Source of the DNA: Cycas panzhihuaensis
Lineage: Eukaryota > Plantae > Cycadophyta
Assembly: GCA_023213395.1 (NCBI GenBank)
Contig: CM041465.1
Span: forward strand, 230,275,741-230,339,740
DNA: 64,000 nucleotides
Reading direction: 5' to 3'
The position numbers were made by a program, and so were the translations under genes. Positions within the stretch are counted from its first letter, which is position 1; the number at the start of each line of letters is the position of its first letter. Of the stretch, positions 27,335 through 38,534 are shown one piece after another. The notes beneath the pieces were generated by a model. That model did not search any database, was not told the DNA's origin, and saw nothing but the letters and a program-made list of their open reading frames with translations.

Positions 27335-27462
27335 GGGCTGGTGCGATTACATGGGAAAATTTCCTCCATTTCTTTTCAAGTGACAGGTCCTTGGTGGAGC
27401 CAGAGCATATAACAATTCAGCCACCAATCCAGTCCAGACCCCCACTTCCCCTCCCCTCTTGA
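27335..27462 (+). CDS. Host gene terminal exon e: GAGAITWENFLHFFSSDRSLVEPEHITIQPPIQSRPPLPLPS* (EF-hand 2 and Pro-rich tail)
   Basis: Long T-rich polypyrimidine tract ending gtag; TGA at 27460-27462. Exons a-e total 480 nt with no internal stop. Confidence 0.85.
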
Positions 27463-28749
27463 AATAATTCATTATCTATGTCTCTGTTAGTCCATTGAGT
27501 GAAATGGATCATCAATTTTCCAGAAGATTATGGAATTGCCATTTCTGGAGCAATGTTTTTTGCATTAGTCAAGGGATTGTTAGTTGCAGGTTCAGAGTTT
27601 TTCTCTTCTGCCTTGTTACCTGCTATTTTACAGCAATGACCCTTGTACCCAAAAGTACTTGTCATCATAAAAGAACATATCAAATTGCCTCAATAAATCC
27701 TCACACAAAGTGACACAATCATTGGTTAATCATGTACTTCTTGAATCGAGGCTTGGGAGAAGAAACCTGGTTTTTTGGAGGTTCACAGTCAGAAGCTGAA
27801 ATTAGTTTTTGTAAGAATCTTATGGCATTTCTCTATTTGGTCTTCTATCTTTATTGTAATTGTTGCAGAGGGCTGGAAATACAAGATCTTAGGTTTGATT
27901 ACAGATGAATATGCAGAGTATGCACATCTTTGTAAAAATATTTATCTAATTGTTTTCATTTCTGCTTAATACCAACTAAAGTTTATTTGCAAAAATACTA
28001 AGATGTAGTGAACATTTTTGAAAGCAATGTGAAGGAAAGTCACAGAAGGAACCAAAAACCATAGTTGCATTCTTATTCCATAAAATGTGATTATGGGATG
28101 TAACTATGTTATGCAAAGCGAATATATGGAGTGAGAATAGAGTCTGGTACATACTCCAATATGGACAAATTAGAGAAGGCAGAGATCAATCCACTGCTAA
28201 GCGCCCTTTCAAATTTCACAAAATTATATGAAGAAATTATCGATGTATGATGAAAATGGATAACCCAACTTACTACTACACCAGTGGGAATAGGACATGG
28301 CCTTTTTGTAGAACAAAAGTTGCTGTTGTAAAAAATGACACAGATCTGATCAAATCGATCAAGTTGTTTATTCTCACATGGTCTAAAATTTAATAATGTA
28401 TCAAAAAAATGCATAAAGGCTAATGATTTGGATTACCTGTGGTTGGTGAAGGCATCTCAACTTCATAGCTTAAAGGCAGAAATAAATTGCATGTGCAATG
28501 TTTGCATATTTGTAGTTGTTATTAACCCATTCACTTTTGACCAAATAAATGAGGTCGCTTATATAATACCAGTGGAAGAGCAAGCAATTATGATGGAAAG
28601 TCGATAAGATTCTTTCATTGTGCTGCCATTTGCTACCATTCACGGTACGAAGTTGCCATGCATTTATGCATTGCCAGTGAACAACATGCAAATAGAATTA
28701 ACGCTTTGTGATTTATCTATTTAGTTTTTCATTTTCCATTGAATGAGAG

Positions 28750-29840
28750 GACAGAAAAGCAATAAAGCAATCTAATTTTAAGTTCAATTTCTCCCACCTA
28801 TATAATGAGCTGTGCATTTAGAGTATTATATTGATTTGGAATATCTTCCCTGAGCTACTCAATTTGGACTACCTAGTAGCATACATCTATCAATAGATCT
28901 ATTGCATCCTTAAGAGGCTATGGGAAGCAAGTAACTGACCACAATTAGGAAATAAAGTTGACACCCTTGATGAGCACCCTGAGAAGAGAGTTACTGGTCT
29001 TCTCCTTGCTTTGAAAGTCTCCGAAAGGAAAAACTCTGAAGGTATCTAAATCAAACCTATGTTTCTTTGGAGGTGATGGATGCTCCAATTTTTCAAATCA
29101 ATATTAAAAAAAGGAAAAACTTGAAAGAATCTGTCCCTCTAGATTAAAAAAGAAAGGATTTCAAACTAAGGAAGTAGGTGAATTTACTAAGCACCCAAGA
29201 AACCTCTAATGCTAGTAGGGTTGTATTGAATATTAGCTCAGGAGTAGTCTCCAAGAAACATAGTCTCTCTAAAAGTTGATTATGATGAAATAGAGACCCA
29301 TTGCTCTCCTTGATGTCTCCTACAAGATATTATTTGAAGCCTTAGCCAAAAGACACATTCTTCAAGCATATTGTTTTTTAATTAGAGGTAGAATTATTCT
29401 ATACAATCTCATGGCTGTTTGGGATGGAATGGAGTAGGCCACTAATATTGCTCAAGAGGTCATTTTCTTGAAAATTCACATTGAAAAGGCATACAATAGG
29501 GTGGAGTCAAATCTTATTTTTAATATGCTTCCACCTTTGGTTTGAGGAGAAATTGACCAAATTTTTCAACATTGACTTAATGGACCTACTACAAGGCTAG
29601 TAGGGTTGTGTTAATATGCTTCTACCTTTGGTTTGAGGAGAAATTGACCAAATTTCTCAACATCGACTTAATGGACCTACCACAAGGCTAGTAGGGTTGT
29701 TAATATTCATTAGACAAGGTCGTTTCTCAGTCATGGCCTTTAATGTGCTTGTTTATGCCTTGGGCTACCTTATTGCTAGTAAAGCTAACTAAGTGCCTAT
29801 TTGAGGTATAAAACTTCTAGAAGGTGATCAACTTATTAAT
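28750..29840 (+). mobile_element. Decayed LINE (L1-like) ORF2 reverse transcriptase fragment, 5' part
   Basis: Translates in pieces to K*RPIALLDVSYKIL, GRIILYNLMAVWDGME*A, FLKIHIEKAYNRVE, IRQG and GIKLLEGDQLING, matching non-LTR RT motifs. Confidence 0.8.
29521..29705. repeat. Tandem duplication, 2 x 91 bp, within the LINE remnant
   Basis: taatatgcttc.acctttggtttgaggagaaattg... at 29521 and 29612. Confidence 0.9.
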
Positions 29841-30879
29841 GGAGACTCTATTGAAGAATTTCCTATGAACCCTATTTTCAATGCCCTAATTCTCATTGCT
29901 ATAATCTAGTATACACTTGTTTTGTTTATGGTTTTTCTATGGGTAGGTTTCTAGCTACTTCTTCTCAGAAGTAGAGATGATGTCCATCTTCACAACAAAT
30001 GGTGGCCCCAACAAGTAGTGCCTCCAATTTCTTGTCCAAAACAAAAGGCAAATCTTTGACAAATGGGCATAGATAAGAAATAGGATGGTTGGAGCTGTTA
30101 AATCTTATGTTTACATGTTAAGTATGTACTTTATTCTTTTATTCTTTCATTCATTATTTTTTAGTTTATGGGGTGACTAATCACTTGAGTGATAAAGTGC
30201 ACACCCACTTTTATCTTAGTGATATAACATTGTAACTAAAGGGTCAAATGGACCCTCGTGCATCTTTGCTCACTTGAGAGACTAATGGACACATGTCTTT
30301 CATGCATGACATGCAAGCCATGCATTCAAGTGGCAAACATCCAACGGTGTTAGGTAACCTCAATTACTTTATATATTGAGACCTCTCCTCATGCCTCATA
30401 TGTAGAGTTGAAGTGTAATGTTATGCTGTCAATTTGTTAATCAATTGGTATTCTTTGGAGTAGGACTGATTTCTCCTCCCCACTCTTGGGTATCATCTAG
30501 CTCTCTTGATCTTGGTCTTATTTATCTTTTAGTTTTGCTCTTATGCTATTTAGAACTAGAGGAGAACTATCTTCATGATTTTGGTTTTATAGGTCTTAGG
30601 CACTCTAATCCTTTGGCCTTTTTCACATTTGGTATTAGAGCTAGATGGGACTAATTGCCTTTGTTCTGAATTCTACTTCAAGGGAGACTTAGAGTGGATT
30701 TTTACACCCTCTTGGTGACGACCTTCGCTCTCCGAAGGCGATCCAAGGATTGTTGAAGCTCACTTTTGCAGATCAAGACTTTTCTAGAGTATTCTGAAGG
30801 CTGGAGATGATTGTACTCTAATCTAAAATATTTTTTAGAGGTTTCAAGCTAGTTTTGCTCATGTTTTTATGTGTTTTTG

Positions 30880-30882
<3 letters not shown>

Positions 30883-30917
<35 letters not shown>
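30883..30917. repeat. (TA)n microsatellite
   Basis: Run of about 17 TA units. Confidence 0.95.
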
Positions 30918-30920
<3 letters not shown>

Positions 30921-33900
30921 CAGTTGATTCTTCTTCAAATCAAGGTGTAGGAGTATTTTGAAGAATTTTTAAGTTCACTAACTGTGATTATTATGAGCCA
31001 TTGACTAACTACACGCTGTGAAGTGATTCTGGGCATTTTTTAGGCCTCAAACCTCACATAAAGAGTTTAATCTGCTCTTACATGCTGGTTGGTGTCTCCT
31101 GCTCATCAGAAAAAGACTGAATACACCCTTAGTGGGTTCCATGGAAGTTTTGCAAACATGGAAAGTGAGTGGAAGCTGTTGCACTGACTGTGGTGACACC
31201 CTCCAACTGAGCGCCCAGTTTTGGCTTCTGTCTCTTCGTTCTCACTCCACAGATTTTCAATTCTCCTGAAATCAGAGGTGAATCTTCTTTGGACTCGGGC
31301 GACTTTGCGTGTGAAATCTTGGTTCGATCTGTCTTTCCTTCAAGGAGATCTAAGCATCTGAGTATCCACGAGCCGTTGTCGTTCTGTCGCTGTCAAATTC
31401 CCGTTTACGATTTTTTTTAAAAATCTCTTAAAAATTTTATGGTTTTAAACTTTGGTTTATGTTATTAGGAATATTCTATAGAATATTCCTAACTTAATAA
31501 ACCTTTACTCCAAAGTTTATTTACTTAAACTTAAGTTTTAAACACTAAAAATCACCTTTTTAAAGTCAAATCAATATTTTTCAAGTGATTTTCAGTCAAG
31601 TGATTTTTAGTCAAGTGACTTTATAAGTCTTAATTTTGTGATATTGGAGACTCAATCAAGCTTTCTAAGTCTGAAAAAAAAAATATTTTTTCTTCTTTTA
31701 AGCTTTCTTTTAGTAATTTTGATTTTTGGATTAATATTTTTTTAAAGAAAAATCAATTTTTTTTCAATTTTTTGAAGGTTAAAATCTTTGTCCTAACTAG
31801 TGATTTCATCAAATCACTATAATTGAGCCAGTCACTTATCTTTGGAGATTAAATTCACTGGTTTAAGTCCTCATTCAAGGCTCCCTGCGTGGTATTCTTG
31901 CTATTCAAATTTGTAAAAACAATAAAATTTCAACCTTTATCTTTTGGCATTTTTTGTTTCATTTAACACTTCATGTTGTATAAGTGTTAAAAGGTCTTAA
32001 TAAAGTGATTTTTAAAGTGTTAACATTTTGTTAAAGTGATTTTTATCACTATCTTAACACTTTTTAAGGCAGGTTGCATGGTGACCTATTGCTCTTAGTC
32101 ACAAAGGAGGTTCAAAAATACCTTTACTTAATAAAATCACTTTATTTTTGTTGATCGTTGGGACTATTTCAAAGTTCTAACACTTGGTGCTTGACGTCTT
32201 CAACTTGCAAGTGACTCTTCTCTCTTGTCTTCAAGTATTAAAAGGAATCCACTTGCATTCTTTACACAAAGACTTTATGCTTTCTTCATTGAAGCACTTA
32301 ATATTTTCTTTAAAGTGCCTATATTTTCATTATACTTAAACATTTTATTTTACTTGGATTTGATAGCACTCTTTTTCACACTAAAGTGCTCTTGTAAATC
32401 ACTCAAAGTGATCATTTTGATGTACTTGATTGTTTCTCCTTGAAGCTCTTTATCATTGTAAAATCAAGCATCTATATCATCCAAGTAAAATTTATTTTAA
32501 AGTCTACTTAAATCTTTTAAAAGTGAACTTTAAAATCAAATAAGCGAGGCTCGAAAAAGGTTCAAACCTTGCCTCTAAAATAACCTTAAGCTTGGTGCAT
32601 TTCCTAGGGGATTAACCAACCGTACGGTCAGTGCACGACAATTAATGTTGTTTGAAGGAAATGAGGTTCGAAAAGGGTGTTATTGGGGCTGTGAATCCCA
32701 AGGAAAGCATGGTACGTCCATGCAGATCAACCCTACCTGTATTGTCTTAGATTTGGCTTGATCAACTATTGGATCTCTTTTATAGATCAAGGTTGGACCA
32801 ATTCTTTTGCCTAGTTCTCCACCCTGTTGATATGTAATGTTTTATCTAAGTGAGAAAGGGGGTCATGTTGTGACCACCCTCAAATGTAACTCCAATATAA
32901 GATTGTGACACTTGGCAGTCTTAGACTGATCGGTTACATTTCAGTTTGTAACGGTCACATTGTTGATGTATATTTAAGGAGACTGAATCTCAATGAAATC
33001 ATGACTCTTTTCTCTTCTCTGTACAAATCAAGTTCTGTCTTTGCTCTATTTTTCAACATGGTATCAGAGCAGGTTAGTCTCAACTAATCATTTGGAGATG
33101 ATTTCTTCTGTCAAAGATAATTCAGTCAAGGGTCTAAAAAGGAGACAAGGAAGTTAGGGTCCCAGTTCTGCCAAAAGATCATTAATATTCTGGTGTACGG
33201 AATTGTACAAACCTCTATGGACGTGATTTTTCAAAAGTGTTAGATCGAAGTGAAAATTGGTGGGAAGATAGATCGGAACACGGAGAACACTTTTCTCTTC
33301 TGGAGCAGAGTCATCTGGAGACGTTTTGCAGGCCAAACAGAGCCCGAACCAGTCCGCGCGAGTTTGAAGAATTTAGCTAAAAAATCTTTTCAATTTGCTA
33401 ATGAAATCGGGTATTTTCAGTCACAAATCCTTCTCAGCAATAATGCTTTGAGTTTCCGTCCATTTTCGAAGAGTTTTTCTAAGTTTTTAACTGTGATTTC
33501 TTCAAAATCCGAGTTTTTGCTCTAGTTGAAGTTTTATCTTTTGGGGCCAATTTCTCCTTTCTAAGTAATTTTTTCACAAATCCATCTTCAGATCTAAATA
33601 GGCGCCTGAAAAATCTAGAGTTTGAGGCACACTTTCCTTTTATCCGTACACTTAGGGTTCTGTACAGAATTCTGTACAATTGTACGGTCCAGACTTCAAA
33701 ACTACTTTCTGCCTCTGAGAATAATGTCTTCCACACTCATCTCTCTGCCTGAACCAAAAAAATTAACTGGTTCCAACTATCATGTCTGGAAAATTAAGAT
33801 GGAAACCATTCTAAGGGTCAAAAATGCTTGGGACATTGCTGAAGGAACAGAAAAACGTCCTGCTATTGGTGATACTAAGCTAGGGAACTGGGAAGAAAGA

Positions 33901-36900
33901 AATAATATAGGTAGTCTCACCTTGAAAATGTCAATTTCCAATTCAGTTCTGATTTATGTTGAAAAATTGAATCTGGCATCTGAAATTTGGAAATGTTTAG
34001 AAAATTTGTATGGACAAAAGAATAAGGCAAGAATAATTGCTCTCAAAGAAGAATTGTACAAGCTTCACATGAAAGAAAATGAAGATGTAGCGGAATTTAT
34101 GCATAAGATTATTACTATTCGAAATAATCTCTTAAGTGCTGGAGGTCTAATTTTTGAACAAGACCTAGTGGAAATTGTGATTTCAAGATTACCAAAATCA
34201 TTCGACACAATCGTCAACACTATCACAGATAGTGATAGGTTAGATAAGTTTACTCTTGATGAATTGACAGGTTTATTACTAAGACAAGAACAGAGAAACA
34301 AAAGGTATGAAAACACATCAGAATTGGAGGATGCCTTTGCATCCAGACTAAACCTCGGGTCAAGAGGAAGACATCAATTTCGAGGACGAAGCGGAACACC
34401 AGATTTTAGGGGACGAGGACGCTGGCAAAATTCAAGAGGACAGGGACGTGGTAGAGAAAACAGAGTCTATTTCAACTGTGGAAGAATCAGACATTTCGGC
34501 AACAATTGTAGAATCTTTGATATATGCTGCTATTGCGAACAAAGCGGGCACTATCCATATTAGTGTCCACAAAGATGAAGTGAAATTTAGAAAGGAAAAC
34601 GACCCGTTGGAGGCTACAGCAAAGAAAAAGACGAAGAGGAGGAAGAAGAGACTGCCTTCATGACTGCCTTGGCTACCAGTATAAAAGACAAGGACATATG
34701 GTATATAGATTCAGGAGCTTCCAAACATATGACAAATCGAGAAGAATGGTTTGAAACTTTGAAACCCTGCAATATAGACAAATCAGTAGAATTGGGTGAT
34801 AAGTATTCCCTTGATATAAAAGGGATTGAAACTATCTCTGTAAATTTGGATGGAAATGCAAAAAAGTTCAGAAACATTCTGTTTGTTCTAGGTCTGAAAA
34901 TGAACCTTCTCTCTGTCTCTCAATTAAGTAAAAAATGGTTGAGAACCATTTTTGATGAAGAAGGAAACTGTCATATTCTAGATATGAAGAGAGGTGGAAA
35001 AATTATTACAAAAGGAGTCAGATGTAATGATCTTTATAAACTTCTGTCAGATCCTGTACTTCCTTACTTGGAAGAAAAAGCTTGTACTACTACTAAATCT
35101 AATAATAAAGCTTGGCATTTGAGGTATGGACATCTCTCAATTGACTCACTAAAACTAATGGAAAAATCAGGAATGGTGAATGGTCTACCTAGCATTTCAT
35201 CAGATAAATTTAAATGTAAAGGCTGTCAACTAGGTAAACAGCATAAACTTCCTTTTAAAGAAAGTATTTGGAGAGCTTAGTCAAAGTTGGAATTGATACA
35301 TACAGGTATTTGTGGTTCAATTACATCTCTCACAATTAACAGATGCAGATATTTTTTAACTTTCATTGATGATTTCACTCGGAAAGTATAGGTATATTTC
35401 TTACCTAATAAGTCATAAGTCTTTGAAACATTTAAAGAATTTAAAGCAGAAGCAGAACTAGAGTTAGGAATGAAAATTAAATGCATTAGGTCAGATGGAG
35501 GAGGAGAATATATTTCAAAGGAGTTTCTAAATTATTACAGGGATCAAGGAATTCGTAGACAGATTATAACTCCTTACACTCCTCAGTCGAATGGAGTAGC
35601 CGAAAGGAAGAATAGAACTCTAATGGAAATGGCTCGAAGTATGGTATATGGAACAAATATATCAAAATCCTATTGGGCAGAGACAGTAAGCACGACGTGT
35701 TACTTAATAAATAGAAGTCCCACAAAAGCTTTGAAGGATATCACTCCAGAAGAAGCTTGGACAGGAAAAAAACCCGATGTAAGTCTTCTCAAAGTTTTTG
35801 GTAGTTGTTTCCCGGCTATCGGGAATGGACTTGCGACGCGTCGACACAGGTTTGTGCAGGTATATGCCTTTACTTTGCTTACTTATGATCGTTGCAGTAA
35901 TTGGGAATGGCTTGATTGACATGTGCCTGTCCATATGCACCTGTTTGATTGTTTGTTCATTATGCATGTGCCTAACGGCACCTTTTAGCCTATGACGACT
36001 CACGGTGGGGCATTCATCGTGAATCGACACCCCGTATGGCGTACAACCACCCACGACGTCTCCATGGTCTTTCGGGATGCTTTTGCCGGCCTGTTTATGC
36101 GTGTTACCGCGTGCCGCTTATGTTGCAAACCCTTTCTAAGCCTGGTTTAACCCTTAGTTAGGTCTTTTTGCACCGTTTGAGTACATGCCCATGACCTAAA
36201 GCTGCTCTTGACTAATGTATTTGGAGTTTAACTTATGATTTTACCTTAAAGACACGATTTCTTACTTTAATTTTCTGCTTTTGGGTTTTGGTTCCGTCAT
36301 GCAAATTAAGCGGTACCGCGGAGTTCCGGGCGGTACCAGTGCGTATCGAGATAAACTTAGCGGTACCGCTAAGTTTATCGCTGATCTGTTGTTAAAATTT
36401 AAAAAAAGAAACGCGGCGATGCCGCGATTTTTCATGAACCGCGTGGCTCTAACGGTTGGGCGCGAGGCCCCAACGCTCACTTGCGTCACTCAAGACATAA
36501 AAACCATTTTTTCATTCATTGGCTTCATTATTATTCACCTCACTTTTCAACTTTCCTAGAGCATTTTTTCACAAAGAGACAAAGAACAAAAATGATGATA
36601 AGAGACATCCTCCCTACACCGTGGATCAGAGGTACAAAGGGCTGCTATTGCTGGAGTTGCAGGGCCATTGCTGCCCCCTACGGAGCTCCGTTCTAAGCAC
36701 TCTTCCTCTTCATACATTCTCAAGGCTTCCAAGAGGATTTTTCACCAAGAAAGACCATCGCAAGGAGCCATTTCCAAGCTTTTGACTTGCATGAGGTTCC
36801 ACTACCTTATTCTCTTGCAAGGGACATGCAACAACACCTCATAGGCATTGGTTGGACCGCTGCACCAAGCTTCCAAGGACCCACATGCTCTCATTTCTCA

Positions 36901-38534
36901 TCATTGGAGGTATTTGGTGTCCCTTGTTAAGTGTTTTTTTTGCTTATTTCTTCATTGCTTACTTGCAAATCTTTTCCTCTCTTTGTGCATGTATTTCCTT
37001 GAGTTTCCCTTGATCATTTGATGCAAATAACCGTAGCGGTTGTGGCCCATTGGAGTGTTGCCCTAGGCTAGGCCTAGTTTCTCACTTGCCCCCCTAAACC
37101 CATCCTTTTCCTCCAACCCTTCTCTTTCGCCATTTCTTGGGCAAGCCGGCATAAAGGGTTACACGAGGGTTAGAGGGAGGTAGGCGGGGTTCCGTTCCCC
37201 AGTGCCGTCCTACTCCCCAAGGGTTCCGTCCCTTATCCTCTCCCCCTTTATCTCCCGCTTTTGCTTAGGAAACGGGGCTAGAGAAGCTTTGGAGAGTCGG
37301 TTTGAATACCCGTCTTGGTATAGGCTATCCGTTGCTACACGACCCGTCCTGTTACATGCTAGCATCGCTTCCCTTATATCCTGTGGAGACCTCTCGTGGG
37401 TGAGTTAGCCATCCCGAGGCTACACTCAGTCCCGTTTGGTGCGTTGGTGGTGTATGTCGATTGCATATGTGTCGTGTGACTTCGTTTCCTTTCATTGCAT
37501 GTTAGTGCCTAACCGTATCTTCCTAGCTTAGTTTATTTTACTTGCGGCACATATATACATACCTTTTTGTATCTCGTAGCCTCTCTCTCGAGAGGAAGGT
37601 ATTCTGCTTATTTGCTTGCGGGCGTTCGGAGCAAAGGCGCATAGGGTCGACCATTCTTGGCCGACGCTTGTTTGGTACGTTCTCCCTTTTGTTTATGTCG
37701 CTTTGAGCTTTCTTTTCTATCGTTTCAGTTTAGTTAGTGTTTATTTGCTTTCGGGAGGTAAGTGATCCCCATCACCGCTTGCAACCGACGCCGCACGAGA
37801 GGGACGACGGGAGGAAGCACAACCGTGGACGGACACCTGCGTCTCAGCCCAACCGCCGGATCCAGGTATTCTCCGCTCACCTTCCATACTCTTTTTTGCT
37901 CTTACGTTCCTTTACACTTGCTTTAGTAGTTAAAGAACATAAGAAAAAGGGAAGAAATAACTATTTAGTTTGTACTTGCTTTTTACTCTGCATTTACTTT
38001 ACTTGTACATTTCTTTGCTATACCCCGTATTATGGTATTTGAGATCCTGTGGACCGATCCCTCCTTAGCCGCTCTTGCATATATTTTACCCGTGACACGT
38101 TCGGTTGGTTGCCCCCTTCAGCTTTCTCATTGCCTTGAGAAGTAGCGGCGAAGTTTCCTTTTTCCTTCCCGCCATCCAAGGGTAGGAGGGTCTCGCCTTG
38201 CACGGCTACACAGGAAGCAACCAGCACCTTGCGATCCGTGCACTCCGCCTCCGCCAGACGGACGTCCGCGAGGTATGATCCTCGTTCTTTAGCCTTTAGC
38301 CACTGTGGTTTTGTGTCCTTCCCGCTAGGCGTTGGATCATTGCCCGTGGAGAGCGTTTCACCGGGCGACCATCTTTGGGGCGCCGAAGGGAGCTAGATCC
38401 GCTTCCCTTCGTGTTGGTGCTCTTGCCTTTAGGTAGGCTCGCATTTTGTGTTTTGAGTTGGGCAACCCCAACGGGTTTGCGATCTTTCCTTCCTTTTCCT
38501 TTTCGCTTTTTCTAACAACGCCGCGAGGCGTTGC

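Noticed and set aside
32674-32735. Hammerhead ribozyme in the three-way junction of the F leader
   Set aside because: A GAAA linker is present, but the CTGANGA box and the adjacent UH cleavage triplet are absent.
35704-38227. Many short ORFs inside the H LTRs (and their copies at 43300-45790)
   Set aside because: Expected by chance in GC-rich DNA; frames are not maintained between the two LTR copies and there are no recognisable motifs.
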